Origin: the human T2T-CHM13v2.0 reference genome, Homo sapiens
Length of the DNA: 64,000 nt
Reading direction: 5' to 3' (one strand)
NCBI RefSeq assembly: GCF_009914755.1
Contig: NC_060934.1
Part shown: positions 27,951-42,453 of the stretch, piece after piece
Position numbering within the stretch: position 1 is the stretch's first letter
Layout: every line of letters starts with the position of its first letter
Program-made: the position numbers and the translations under genes
Notes under the pieces: generated by a model
Told to the model about the DNA's origin: nothing
The model's database searches: none
The model's input: only the letters and a program-made list of their open reading frames with translations

Positions 27951-29729
27951 ATTGCTATTGTGCTTCTTGCAATGCACTAATTACTTTATTGTCTTCATTA
28001 TTGTCAAGGAATTTGGTAGGAAAAGAAGGATATTTGTTCAAAGATACTTTAGGCTTTCCACTTCTAATTGGAATTTCTACTTTCTATTTAGAAGTTAAAA
28101 TCTGTAAGTAGAAACACACACAAAAAATTGCTTTGGTAGACCCTACAGAATCAAAAGACATACGTTTTAGGTTTACCTTTAGAGAAACAGCAGTTTTGCC
28201 AGTACAGGAAAAAGTTATAATACTGGAATTTTCCCTGTGATGATGAATTGCCAGTCTGAGAGGAAGTGGTTGGGGAATGGTGGCCCACCAGCCTGAAAGC
28301 CCCCAAGAACAACCATTAATAAGCACTCTTTGGTTGAACACCCATCATTATGGGGACTGAGCTCCCTGGGAGAGCGCCATTCTGCCTCCATTTGACATTC
28401 AGAATTGTCAGTAAGAGAATGAATGGAAGTGTATAAACTCTTCCTGAAACAGACTGAAAAAGTCTTCATTTGGAGTAAAGAATAAGGAGCTAAAATTAGA
28501 ACATCTCATTTTTTCAAGAGAGTTTTATAGGTGAAACTAGAATCATGATAATTACTTTGATTACGCTAAAAAGTAAGACTTGGGATATTTTATGTATACC
28601 ATGTTTTAAGTGCCAAACATTTTCAATACTCAACTTTTGAGAGCCTAAAAGGGTGGAAAGCAACTTTGATAGAGATCATCAATAGTTTGCCTTTTGAAGC
28701 TCTTTTTGAAAAGCTAGAGAAAGACTCAAATTATCTAGATTATGTGGCTGTTCCTTTAAGTAGGATTACTTATGTCATGTTTGCATCAGGAAGTAGGTAA
28801 GTGGCCAATTTCTCATGTAGTTCCACAATCTTCAACAAAATCAACTTATTGCTGGATCCTCATTGGACCATGAGATGTAAATTGTTAGTTCCACAACCAG
28901 CTGGTGGTTTCTGTGGCCCAGAGAGGGCTGTCAGCCAGTCTATGGGCTGAAATGTTGGTGACAAAGCAACATTAACATGGAAATATGAAGTCGTTCAAAG
29001 GCCATACTTCACTGGCTGATGGCTGGACTCTTAGCTCAGAGGAAGAAGGGAAAAATAAATTGCTCTGGTGTTTACTGTGTCTGGAAGTGAAGTCAAGAAT
29101 TATCTTGTATGTGGGGAGAAAAACTTTCATGGGGAATGAAGGAAAGAAACAGATGAGTATACAATTAGGGGACTTAATTTCCAAATCCTGTGGTCTTCTC
29201 ACAGTTAGCTGTAAATGCCCTATACTATCTCTTAGCCACTTATAAACGCTGTAAGGGCAGGGACCGGGTCTGGTTTGCTTACCACTATACCCATGGAGAA
29301 CCTAGTTGGCATTCAATAGATTTCAGTTAAATAAATAAGTGAACAAATATCTAAACTTGGACTGTAATTTTGTTTAGTAACAGAATCATTCCAGTTTAAA
29401 TATTGAAACAATGAAACACTCTGGTCTTGATTCTCAAAGGCAGCTTGTTGAAGGACCCAGGAAAAGGTCATCTTCTGACCTTCATAATGAAAATGAGTGT
29501 GTTAGACAAGTTATCATTATTCCATTTTCATAAAAATCATATGAACACATAGTTTAAAGAGTTGTAAACCATCATCGGCTCTGTCATGTCCCACTTCCCA
29601 GAGGCAACTGTTTTCACTTCTTTTTAGCTATTTTCTCATGGTATTTTTCTACTTATATCTAAATAATATGGTAATAGTGCTAGCTCTGGTTTTTCACCTT
29701 TAATAATTATCTCTTAAAACACAGCAGAA

Positions 29730-30079
<350 letters not shown>

Positions 30080-30229
30080 TTAAATTTAATCCAGCCCCTG
30101 TCACACACCATCCCCCCAACTTTCCGATATTAACATTGTTAGCTATCTTACTAATAAGAGCACTATTTAGAGCTGAGAAGTTTCAGATATTATGAATTCC
30201 TGCATCTCTCTTTTGAGTTGGATTCCCTA

Positions 30230-30656
<427 letters not shown>

Positions 30657-30744
30657 TTAAGTTGAAATTCGTTTCTCCACACAATTTTGAAGGCATTGCT
30701 CTTTTGTCTTCTAGTTTTCCTGTGTTATTGTTGAGAAATCCTAA

Positions 30745-31069
<325 letters not shown>

Positions 31070-31804
31070 CTAAGTCATTTTAATCTTTGGTGTGAGATCT
31101 CTTCTTTCTCTCTTTCTCAGTCTCTTAACTATTTTTAGCTGCCATCAGCGTACAAAAATTTCATGATGATGTGCCCAGATGTGGGTATAATTCTTTCATT
31201 GCAGAGCACCCAATGTGTTCTATCAGTCTGGAAACTCATCATTGCTGGGAAACTTACTTGGATTATTTCTTTAATTTTCTCCCCCTCTATATTTTACTTG
31301 TTCTCTCCCTTTTGTGTGTGTGTGGGTGGTCTATTATTGAGTTCTGAGGCCTTCTGGAATAATATTTTCTGACTCTCTTTTATTTTTTTTTTCATTTTCT
31401 TGTCCTTATTTTTTCCGTTTCTTCCCCTTATTTTTTTCTTTCAGTGTCCTCTTTTAATCCTTCTTTTATTCCTAATATTGAAATTTCAATTTCTAGGAGT
31501 TATTTCCTCCTATTTTTTATTTAAATAAAATTCTGTTCTTATTTCATGAATGAAAGGTATTCTCTGATCTTTCTGAGGATATTAATGATAGTGTCCATCT
31601 CATGGCATAATATCTGTTCCCTTCAAATTGCCTGTGTCTGTTGAGTCTCACTTGTTTATATTAGAGGCATTCTTCAGATGTTGTGAAGTCCTTGGCTGTT
31701 TGCTCGTATTGTGAAATGGGATGCTAGAAAGCCGATTGGCATTCACTCTAGATGGATCCAACCAGGTCTTTTTATCGGTCTTTTGTGCTGGGGAGATTCT
31801 GGGA

Positions 31805-31940
31805 CCTCCCACTAAATGTATGGACTCTGACCAACAGTATCCACATCACCCAGAAGATTGTTAGATGCAGAATCTCTGGCCTAACCTCAAACTTACTGAT
31901 AAAATCTTTCACAAGATCCCCAGGATAGGAACATTGCCCT
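31805..31940 (+). mobile_element. MER5A-like fragment
   Basis: catcacccagaagattgttagatgcagaatctc...acttactga...acaagatccccagg. Confidence 0.55.
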
Positions 31941-32107
31941 GGAGAACAATCTTCTATCCATCTGCTTGGAGGGCCTAAGCCTGGATATTAGCATTCTAGG
32001 AGGCCACTGGGGGAGGGGGCAGAGGGCAAATGTTTCCACATTCTGATGATAATCTTTCAGCTAATCTCCTGATTATAAGGGCAGTGTGGCTGCTTTCACC
32101 ATTGCAC

Positions 32108-32488
32108 AGTATGTTAGTCCAGGAAGCTGTGACGATGTATCATATGATTGGTGGCTTAAACAATATACATTTATTTCTCATAGTTCTGTAGGCTGGGAAA
32201 TTCGAGATCCAGGTGCCAGCAGATTTGATGTCTGGTGAGGACTCTTTCCGGGGTTTGCAGATGGCTGCCTTCTTGCTGTAACCTCACATGGCAGAGGGGG
32301 TGGGGTGGGGAAATCTCATGTGTCTTTCTTTTTTTTATAAGGGCACTAATTCCATCATGGGAGGCCCACCCTTACGACCTAATCTGAGCCTAATCACCTC
32401 CCAAAGGCCACACCTCCAAATATCACCCAGTTGGGGATTAGGCTTCAATATATAAATCTTGAAAAATGTAAACATTTAGTTAATAGCA
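32108..32488 (-). mobile_element. MLT1A0-like MaLR solo LTR
   Basis: ggtggcttaaacaa...atttatttctcatagttctgtaggctgggaa...tataagggcactaat...cacctcccaaaggcc. Confidence 0.8.
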
Positions 32489-33937
32489 CCTGGTGTCTCT
32501 CTGTTTTACCCTTTCCAGATAATATGCCTCCAGTTTTCTGCTAAATTGAGCAGATCATCTGGTAGTCTAGCTGCTTCTTAATCCTCCTAAATTTCCTACC
32601 CTACCTTCCCTATGTTTCTGGTATATCCAACCTGTGAGCAAATCAGCATTCTATTTTTCTGGAGGCTAAACTTTGTATCTCTTCTGTTCTTTTCCATTTT
32701 ATTTGTTTTATGGGTTTATGGTTTTTAAAGGTCCCTATACCTGGATTTTAGTGAGTTTTATAGTAATAGCAGAAACAAATGCATAGATTCAGCTTACAGT
32801 CTTTAACCTGAAGTAGATTAATTAATCTTTAAGATTCTTCTGACTCTCAAATTGTACATGTCAATTTCTCTATTATCTCTATAGACTAAATATATCTTGT
32901 TACTTGGATTTTTTTCTTACTTTTTTCTTTATAGTTTATTTTTATTCCACTGTTTATAAAACCCTGAGCTCTTTCATTCATACTTGATTCATATGTGCAG
33001 TAAAGAGTGTTGTGTTAAAAAGGATTTACTTGTATAGAAATATTCTATACAATCTTTTTTGAAAAAGAAGATCTTCAGGTGTAGAGAAGAAAGTTTTCAT
33101 GTTCAGATTTAATTTCACCCCAGTTCTGATGTCAAAGTAACTTATGGCCAGCAGAATTCAGTGTTACTAATGGTTGTTAGAGTTTCAGAAATATAGCAAT
33201 AGCAGGTGTGTTTTATTTCTAGATTCACCCCTCAGTAATTAGTTGGCATTTGAATTGGATTTTAAATAGTGTGCTAACAATCATTCATAATTCCACGTAA
33301 AACTCAGCACTTTAGTTTTGATTACAATTGGACCTGCTATTTGATGATTAGTAAATTGGAGGCATGAGAGGCAAATAACTCATTATTACAATGATAGTTT
33401 ATTGATTACTCTGCAAAGTATTGATTACAAGATAAGAGTAAGTTCTCATAATTATTATTTCTTACATCTGTGGAAATGATGGAACAAGAACAAAGTAATC
33501 TTGACTATTATTACCTACAAGTATTTTCTTATATGTATGCATGTATATATAAAGTGTGTATGTTGTGGAGCAGGAAACAAAATAAACGTTTCTTGATAAA
33601 AGATCTCCAGGTTGAAGATTCTCAGTCCATGTTGACACAGTAGTTCTTTAGCCTTAAAATATATTTAACTTGTTTTAACCAAACATTCATAAACTTCATT
33701 TGCTATGGGACCTTTCTCTCCCACTTCTGCATAAGACTTTAAATGCTCCCATAGAAAAAAGGAAGGGGGAGATTAAAGCCAATTTTGTGATACCTCTGCG
33801 TGATACTAACTTTGTGCCTCCTGAGCCTAGTTCAGTACTTGGCACAATATTCAATAAATAGTTTCAAAATAATCTGAGCCAATTTAGATAAGCTTTACTT
33901 CTTCCTTTCATCTGTCTATCAATAGATAGATAGATAG

Positions 33938-34224
<287 letters not shown>

Positions 34225-34933
34225 TTTTTAAAGGAACTTTTTCAAATTATCACCTGAGTTGTTTGGGGTTTTGTTTTCCTTCCTGCTTTAGACTCTCTAA
34301 AGGTACCACTTGACCAGTTTGCCTTACTATGAGGGGTTAGTTACATGACTAAACGTGGTAATGTGAGCTTCATCTTCCCACTTCCTAAAATAAACTTGCC
34401 CCTCGGCATTTCCACAGTGGAGAAATGACTAAGCCCAGATAATTCAGACTGATCTGGGAGCCTGGCATTCTGTTCATTTTTCTAATTGAATGTGTATCAT
34501 TGAAAAGGTCTCCTTAAAAAACAATTTCCTTTTCTTAGTTAGTGTCGTATATCCTGGGTACCATTTGAAGTAATATAAAAGCATCTTAAGAGATACTCAA
34601 ATTCTCTTTGATTTTCATAGAGCCTCTGACTTCGTGTTTCAATTATATTTTACTAAACTGTTGACATACAAGACATATAAAAGATGAGAGTGAATGTCTA
34701 TTTGATGGTGTGACTGCATTTTTTAATAGCAAGATGTTCTTGTTTGTTTGACATTTCTTTTATGCTTAAATGAATGGATCTTTGTAGTGGGTATATCTAG
34801 TTGAAGGGTTCAGTATACTGACAGATTTTTGCAAGTTGTACTTAGGAAGGAACCTTATACTCTTCAGTATCCCTCCCAGAAACTAATTAACTGCTAAACA
34901 CATAGTCAAGGATCAGTTATGTTTGTGATGTCT

Positions 34934-35446
34934 TGTGTCAGCCTGTTAGGGCTGCTCTAACAAAATACCATAGACTGGGTGGCATAAACAACAGACGTGT
35001 ATTTCAGTACAGTTCTGAAGGCAACAAGTCCATTATCAAGGTGGCAGCAGATCTGGATTCTGGTGAGGGACCTCTTCCTGGTTTGTAGCTGGCCTTCTGT
35101 TTGCTATGTTCTCACATGGCATTTCCTTGGTTTGGGCCAGACATCTATGGAAATGATACAGCAAGAACATAGTCAAGTCATCTATGTGTATACACACATA
35201 CGTATAAGAAAATACTTGTAAATAATGTTAGTCAAGATTATAAGCAGGGAGAGAGAACACGTGCGATCTGGTATTTCTTCTCCTAAAGGCACTAACCTTA
35301 TAGGATCAGAGATCAGGGTGTCAAATTTCTAACCTCATTTAACTTTACTTAATTCCATAGATGCCCCATCCCCAAATATAGCCAAACTGGGTGTCAGTGC
35401 TTCAAAATGCAAATCTTAGGGAGATGCAAACATTCAGTCCATAACA
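34934..35446 (-). mobile_element. MLT1A-like MaLR solo LTR with internal insert
   Basis: gggctgctctaacaaaataccatagactgggtggc...aaacattcagtccataaca. Confidence 0.8.
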
Positions 35447-35700
35447 TCTGGTTTTATAACTTTTGTTGTATTTTTCACTTTGAGTTGGTCTTGATTAATT
35501 CATTAAGGTTTACATTTAAAGTTGTCAAGAAAAATGCCAAATCAGTTTTACCTCTTTATTTCAATAGGGAGAATTGGTGCTTAATGATTTTTGTGACAAG
35601 TATAAGATTTTTAAAAAATCTTGTGTTATTTTTGTTTCTCAGCTGTTTGACATTTGCTGAACCATTATTAAGAGTAGTTACTGACAATTACTGACAGCCA

Positions 35701-35757
35701 TTGAATCTTCAATAGTTGAATCTTTGATAGTTGAATCTTCAAGAATTTCAATAGTTG
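35701..35757. repeat. 15-bp tandem repeat (~3.5 copies)
   Basis: ttgaatcttcaatag / ttgaatctttgatag / ttgaatcttcaagaa. Confidence 0.85.
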
Positions 35758-35894
35758 CTCTCTGTTTCTGTGTTTTAAATTTACTTTGAAATTCTTTGAG
35801 TTTATTGAAGAGACAAAGCAATTTGAACAATTTAGTGTTTGCCTCTCTCAATCTCTGTTTCACATCCTAGACCTTGAAAATGAAATAGTTTTCA

Positions 35895-36030
35895 TAGACT
35901 TTTACAGATGAAGAAACTGAGGCCCAGAGGGAAGTGATACTAAAGTCTTGATACATGGGTTTGTTGTACATGCTTTTGTCTTTCGTCAGTTTACGTAGTT
36001 TGAAGTGCAATTGAGACTTGAACCTCATTC
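35895..36030 (-). mobile_element. MIR fragment
   Basis: ttttacagatgaagaaactgaggcccagagggaagtga. Confidence 0.7.
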
Positions 36031-38272
36031 CGTTGGAGATGATGGGTGAATTTATTCTATACCTGATGCAGCAGAATCTTAGCAGAAGGAGATCTCTGGG
36101 ACTCACCCAGACATCTGACCTGTCTTTTCTTAGTAAGCTTACTCAGAACATGGAAGCATCTCTGCACAAAATGATGGGTCAAGATGGAGTTTCACGGAAT
36201 GATTGAAAGTCAGGCTGGTGGGTGACAATCTTATTTTTTAGTGGTGGCTAATTCAGCATGCGCCTTTTTGTTAGGTTGCAGCCAACTCTTTGTAAATCTT
36301 ATCGATCAATATAAACACAAAAAGTTGAAATTATGTACTTCATACAATAATGGATTATTTCAAATTAGTATGGCACTGATCGTAAGGACCCACTGTGGAG
36401 TTCGAGCAAAATTGCCCTTCAGGCCTTTCTGAAGATGAAGTGCTAGTCCCGATTCATTGTAAAGCTTTCTTGTGAACCCTAACCATCCAGAAACTCCTGA
36501 CCTCCCTTTTCTTTGAGCTGGTCAGTCCAGTGAGGCAATGCATGTGAAAACACCCACAGCCCTTTGACAGAGTAAAACGAGAATCTCCAGTGCTCTTATC
36601 ATTAGTCCAGAATATATAGTATTCATGATGCCTGCCTCTGCAGATTGCTGCAATTCCACATTTTGGTACAAATGACAAGAAACTTTCCCCAAAGAGTAAA
36701 TGCATTCATTTTTCTAAAACTGAATTTTTGTAAAATCTTATGACAATGAAGGAGTCATTTGAAATAATATTTCAAAATCTTTTTCCTTGAGGAAGAAACG
36801 ACAACATGTCACATGACTAATTTTAATCCTAGAGTCCCTGAATGGTCCCGTGTGACTGATTGGTGGTAGATACATTCAGAACCATCCCTCCGTTCTGTGA
36901 GTCTTTGTCTATTTGCAAGTCTAGTATTGCAGTATCCTCCGTCAAACACCTTCACAGTCTTTCTTCTAGGATATCATAGACTCCTAGGTTTATTTCAGTT
37001 GTGGTACAGGCTGCTCTTTGCAGCCTAATCCAGAAATACCAGCAATAATATTAACAATCTTATTTGTTTTCTTCAATTCAATGTTAGGACAGTAAAATTA
37101 ATTAACATATATGTTTTTATACAGGATCGGTAGGTGATATGATTGTTACATCGTTTAAAAATAGAAAACATGCTCACTAGCTAAATTTTTGATGCCCAAC
37201 AGCAACGACAGTAAGTTTTTTTGTTGTTCTTTTTTGAGATGTCTACCCAGCATCTAGTAAACATGCCTTTATATCTTTAAAAATAAATGATCTGTAAAAA
37301 TCAGCTTATTTATTAGTTTTGGCGGATACACAATATAGGATTATAAGGAAATAAACTAAATAACCTTCATTCTTCACAGGTGGTCATTCGTATTACTGAG
37401 GGGACATTGAATCATTATGCAATTGCCTCTTTATTGAACAAAGAACAGTAGATCTGAAAGTCCATTTATTTCTATAAACAGTACATCTGCTAAAATTTAG
37501 GTATATTATTTTTAAAATTTCATTTTAGTACTTCATCATAGTCTCCAAATAATCATCTATTATCAATGTTAACATACTTTTTACACCATTTATATGTTCT
37601 TTAGACTGTTTTTAATCTAAAATTACTTATATCACATTTGATGATATAAATCCTCTTCTAAGCAGCATATCTCTGTAGGTAACCTCCACTTAATCACTAA
37701 AGAGAAAATTCTAAATCTTTAGTATTTACTGAACGAATCACTTGATACTTCTAATTATCGGTAGTAGATTTGATAGCAATCAGGTCTGCAGTGAGTAACT
37801 GGTGAATTCTATTTTATAATTAATTCTTTTTTCTGAATTAACCCAGCCAAACTGGGAAAGAGGACATACTGTTAATCTTGCGAAAAAGAAAAAGAAAGGA
37901 AAGAAACACTTTTCTTTACTAAGCATTTTTCTAAGCGTTCTTACATTGATATATGTGGCTTCCTAAGGTTTTGTATTGTTTGTTTTGTTCTTGGAGGATA
38001 AATGCCTACTTAACTTTTTTGGAAGTCAAGTCAGGTGGAGGAATTATCTGCTGGACTAGAACAATGTACTGCTGAGGGGGTGAAGACATTAAGTCTTCTG
38101 GTGTAATAGCTGCTCTTACTTAGTAATTTTAGGTAACTCCAAAGAAACTAACGCCCCAGTGAGATAAGAATATGTATGTAGCTTTATTTCCTTCTGCCTC
38201 CCTCCTCTATCTGGGTTCTTCTTTTGTTCCTATTATTTTCTGGAATCCCAGGTTTAATAGGTCCCTCCTATA

Positions 38273-38445
38273 ACCTTGCTGCTCAAAGTATGGTCCATGG
38301 ACCAGGGGTGGCAGCAGCAACACCAGGAGGCTCGTCCGAAATGCAGGACTGCAGGCCCACCTTGGACCTCCCGAGTCAGATCTGCATTTTAACTCTTAAC
38401 AGTCCCTCACCTTCCCTCAGGTGAGTCCTGGGCATGTGGGAGCTT
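38273..38445 (+). mobile_element. MER5A1-like hAT-Charlie element
   Basis: ccttgctgctcaaagtatggtccatggacca...gaaatgcagga...aggcccac...tcagatctgcattttaac...caggtga. Confidence 0.7.
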
Positions 38446-38929
38446 TTCCTAGATTTTCCTTAGTACCTGGCCTGCCCAGCTCATCACTCCAATAATTAAT
38501 CCTGATATTTACAATATAAAAGGCAGGCCCAAACTATAGGGTGATACGTCAGTTTAAATGTGTTACTGAGACTTGGTCCAGCGGTTTTCCATATGATGAC
38601 ATATTCCCATGGGTCGTCGAAGTGTCAGGCAAGAAAAAGCAGAAGCTACCACTTTGAGTTTCACATATGTATTTCCTATATGGGTATAATTCAAGTTCCA
38701 GAAAGAATTCAGGTCCCCTGTATCCCTCACTTCCATCGTGTACCCCTATCTCAGGGTTCCCCATTTCTGGATGGCCACTCCAGTAAGAGGTCTGGTGTTG
38801 GGGCAGGTGTGTCCTAGTGAAAGCAAGGGGGGAAGAGGCAGGATAATGCCACTGAACATCCCAGGTGGACTTTGTGTGGGAGCTGAAACTGAACCTGAGG
38901 TCTGAAGACCCAGGCTCAGGTGTCAGCCT

Positions 38930-39192
38930 GAGATGTGAGACATTGTGTAAAGTCAAAGTGAGGACATGGTGATGTGTTTTCCTTTCTTTATTCACATGCC
39001 ATTCTCTGTAAACAGTACACTTGAAAATTTGTCTCAGAGCATTTTGCTTTTCCTCTGGGGAAATGTAAGAGAAAATTACATGTGTAGGGTAGAAACATGT
39101 TAATTGTGCATTAATTTATTCTAGAAGGGATGCAGGATTATTACTTTTGAGTGGGACTAGAGTTCAAGGCAAATAGTGATTTCTGCGCATGA
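38930..39192 (+). repeat. Local direct duplication, copy 1
   Basis: About 89% identical to 41225-41486 (manual count 27 substitutions and 1 gap). Confidence 0.95.
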
Positions 39193-39281
39193 CTGATGGT
39201 GGGACCTCAGATAGTATAAGTTTATGACCCTGAACTTCAGAGACACAGGAGAAATAGAATTATTCAGTGTTTTACTGACAA

Positions 39282-39413
39282 CAGTGTTTCTTCAAGTGTA
39301 GTTCTCTGATCTAGCTGCCTCAGTATCCCCAGGGGTCTTTGTGAAGCGTGTAGGTTTGAGGAATCTTCAGGAACACCATGTGATTTTAGTGCATTCTGAA
39401 GTTTGAGAAACTA
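39282..39413 (+). mobile_element. MER5A/B-like fragment
   Basis: cagtgtttcttcaagtgtagt...tgattttagtgcattctgaagtttgagaaact. Confidence 0.55.
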
Positions 39414-40324
39414 GTTTATGTGTACTTTTATTATCAATGATAGGAAGAATGTAGAGATTTTATTGATGTTCAACGTGTAGGAATTTCGGTTGTATAACAG
39501 CTGTCCCTAATTTTTTCTTTAATTCTTACTCTTGTAAAAGGAAATTGCATTTCTGTTTTCTTTCTTCTGAAATGTTATTTGTTCATTCATTCAACAAAGA
39601 TTTCTTGAGCATCTTCTACAGCTGCGAAGGCTTATTTTCTGTTTAGGAAACCAATTTCATTACTCTTTGCATTCCTGCATTATCAGGGCGATACATGCAT
39701 TGCAAACTGAGATGCTTTGGTCAGATTTCTGGTAAGATATGGACCTCAGACACAGTCTCTGTTTATGGCCAATAAGCCACCATAAATTTTAGGGTGACTC
39801 CTCCCCTTCTCCTGTCTTTGATTTTATTTGTTAAAATTAACTGCTGTCCTTTCTACCTGTTGAAATATTAAACAGAGGAAAATGGGGATAGAACAAATCA
39901 GGTTATTTTTGCTCTTCCATGCCACACCTTGATGCAGGAAGTTTAAATCCACTTTTTCTATAGTAGAGATTATTGTAGTGGATTTTAGTAGTGTTCAGTT
40001 GTTTTCTTATTTCCACTTAGAGAAGTTGCTGATGATGTGGAAAACTCAGGTATTTCATATGTCTTATTAAATACATGAAATGGGGAATTAACAATCCTAG
40101 ATATTAAAATTTTTACTCACCTGTCAGCCTAATTAAGTACTTACTTTTCTTCTCTGAGTCCACTCTTTATGCTAACAAGTAACTCATCAAATTAGTCAAT
40201 CCTTTACTGACTTTATGTGTGATAGCCGGATATCTTCAGAATAAAAGCATTGTTTGCTTTTATCAAGTGAGCCTGACGTGGTGAAAACATATACTCAAGC
40301 AATCTATTTTGAAGTCAATAATAG

Positions 40325-40660
40325 CGGAGGTGATCATGTTAAGTCATGTGTTGGATCAAGCCTTTTCTTGCTAAAACCCTTCCAGTGACTTTCCACCTCC
40401 TTAGAGTAAAATCCAACTTCCTTGCTTTCTGCAAGGCCCTGGGGGATACGGTTTCTTCTCACCTTCCCTCCTTGTGTCAGACCACTTTGCCTATGCTTCC
40501 TCCACTCCAGTCACACTGGTCCTCCTTCCAGTCCTCCAGTAGAAGGCTAATTCTTGCTGGCACCATGTTTTGGCTGGGGCTTCTGCAAACCACTGGGAAG
40601 CCTTTGGAAAGCTTGAAGCTGGCATGATTTGATTAAGAAGAAATGAATGAATGAATGAAT
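40325..40660 (+). mobile_element. L2 fragment
   Basis: ctaaaacccttccagtgactt...agagtaaaatccaac...ctccagtcacactggtcctcc; (AATG)n end. Confidence 0.65.
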
Positions 40661-41095
40661 GGGTGAATTTACATCGAATTGAGGAGAAAGCACTTCTTTT
40701 TTTTTCACAAACAGGAACTTAGGCATTTTGCAGAGCACTCTGAAATGTTTTAAATGTCAGTGATTGATAAACGTATTATGAACTAGTGAGAGGTCTTTCT
40801 AAGTGTATTTACAATGAGTTTAAATACAGTCGAGTTAGGATTAGCATTCTCAGAACAGACCTGAATCCAAGCTTAGAAACTGGAATTTACATATAAATAG
40901 AAAATTAAATCAGTTTTCTAAACAGGTATTTTTGAAAATCCAATAACAGGTTAACAAATTTAAGGTTTATACAAATACAGAGAATATTTTTGACTTAATT
41001 TTAATTAAACTTCATGAAGTATTCGATTGATAAATGGGAATGGAACAAAGCATTCTCTCAGCATTCCAAATAGCACTGAAAGATGTTGATGGCTT

Positions 41096-41136
41096 AAAAA
41101 AAAAAAAAAGAAAAAGAAAAAGAAAAAGAAAAAGAA
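41096..41136. repeat. Poly(A)/(GAAAAA)n purine tract
   Basis: A run followed by four to five GAAAAA units. Confidence 0.9.
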
Positions 41137-41224
41137 ATGATCCCAGGCTGCCTGTCTGTTACCCAGCCAAGTAATTCATAACAAAAGGCAGGTTAAAACA
41201 CTTCACTCCAGAGCAGTGTTTTGG

Positions 41225-41486
41225 GAGTTGTGAGACATTATGTAAAGTTAAAGTGAGAACACGGTGATGTCTTTTCCTCTCTTTATCCACATGCCATTCC
41301 TTATAAGCAGTATACTTGAAAGTGTGTCTCAGAGCATTTTGCTTTTCCTCTGGGGAAATGCGAAAGAAAATTATCTGTGTAGAATGGGAACATGTTAATG
41401 TGCATTAATTTATTCTAGAAGAGATGCAGGATTATTACTTTTGAGTGGGACTGGAGTTCAAGGCAAATAGTGATTTCTGTGCATGA
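41225..41486 (+). repeat. Local direct duplication, copy 2
   Basis: Paralog of 38930-39192, offset ~2295 bp. Confidence 0.95.
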
Positions 41487-42080
41487 ACACTGGAAGTGCT
41501 CAAGGCTAGTTATCACAGATGTTTGAAGTGGGAAGTGGTTGTGGGATATATATTTAATTGGGAAAGGAAGATATGTATTTCACTGATATCTCCCTTTCTC
41601 AATTTTCTCAAGTACTACCACTGTTTGTATTAATTGAAACATAAATGGAGCAAAGCCATTACCCACGTTTCAGCGTTTAGTGAAAAGACAAGTGAGGTTA
41701 ATCCCATTTGGCTGGAGAGCCTAGAGAGATGACCCCTGACCCAGGCTAGGAGCAGTTGATGCCTTCATAGAATAACCACATGTTCGATCAGCCTTTTCCA
41801 GAGAGGTTCCCTCTGCTTTAACCAACTACCAAAATTATTATTATGTGACTTTGCCACCATTCTAAATACCTAAACAATGTCGCTTTCTTTTTTCCTTTTC
41901 CTAGTTTGTTAAAAGTTTGTCTAGATTTTCATGGTCACGTGCATCCCGCCGTCCCAGAACATAATTTTTTACCGATTTAATACTCTTTCTTTAGTCCAGA
42001 GTGTCATGCATGCAAATCTGGATGTAAATGGATTGAAATTTAAATATTAAGGTACACTTGCCATCCTTTTTTTACTCTAG

Positions 42081-42453
<373 letters not shown>

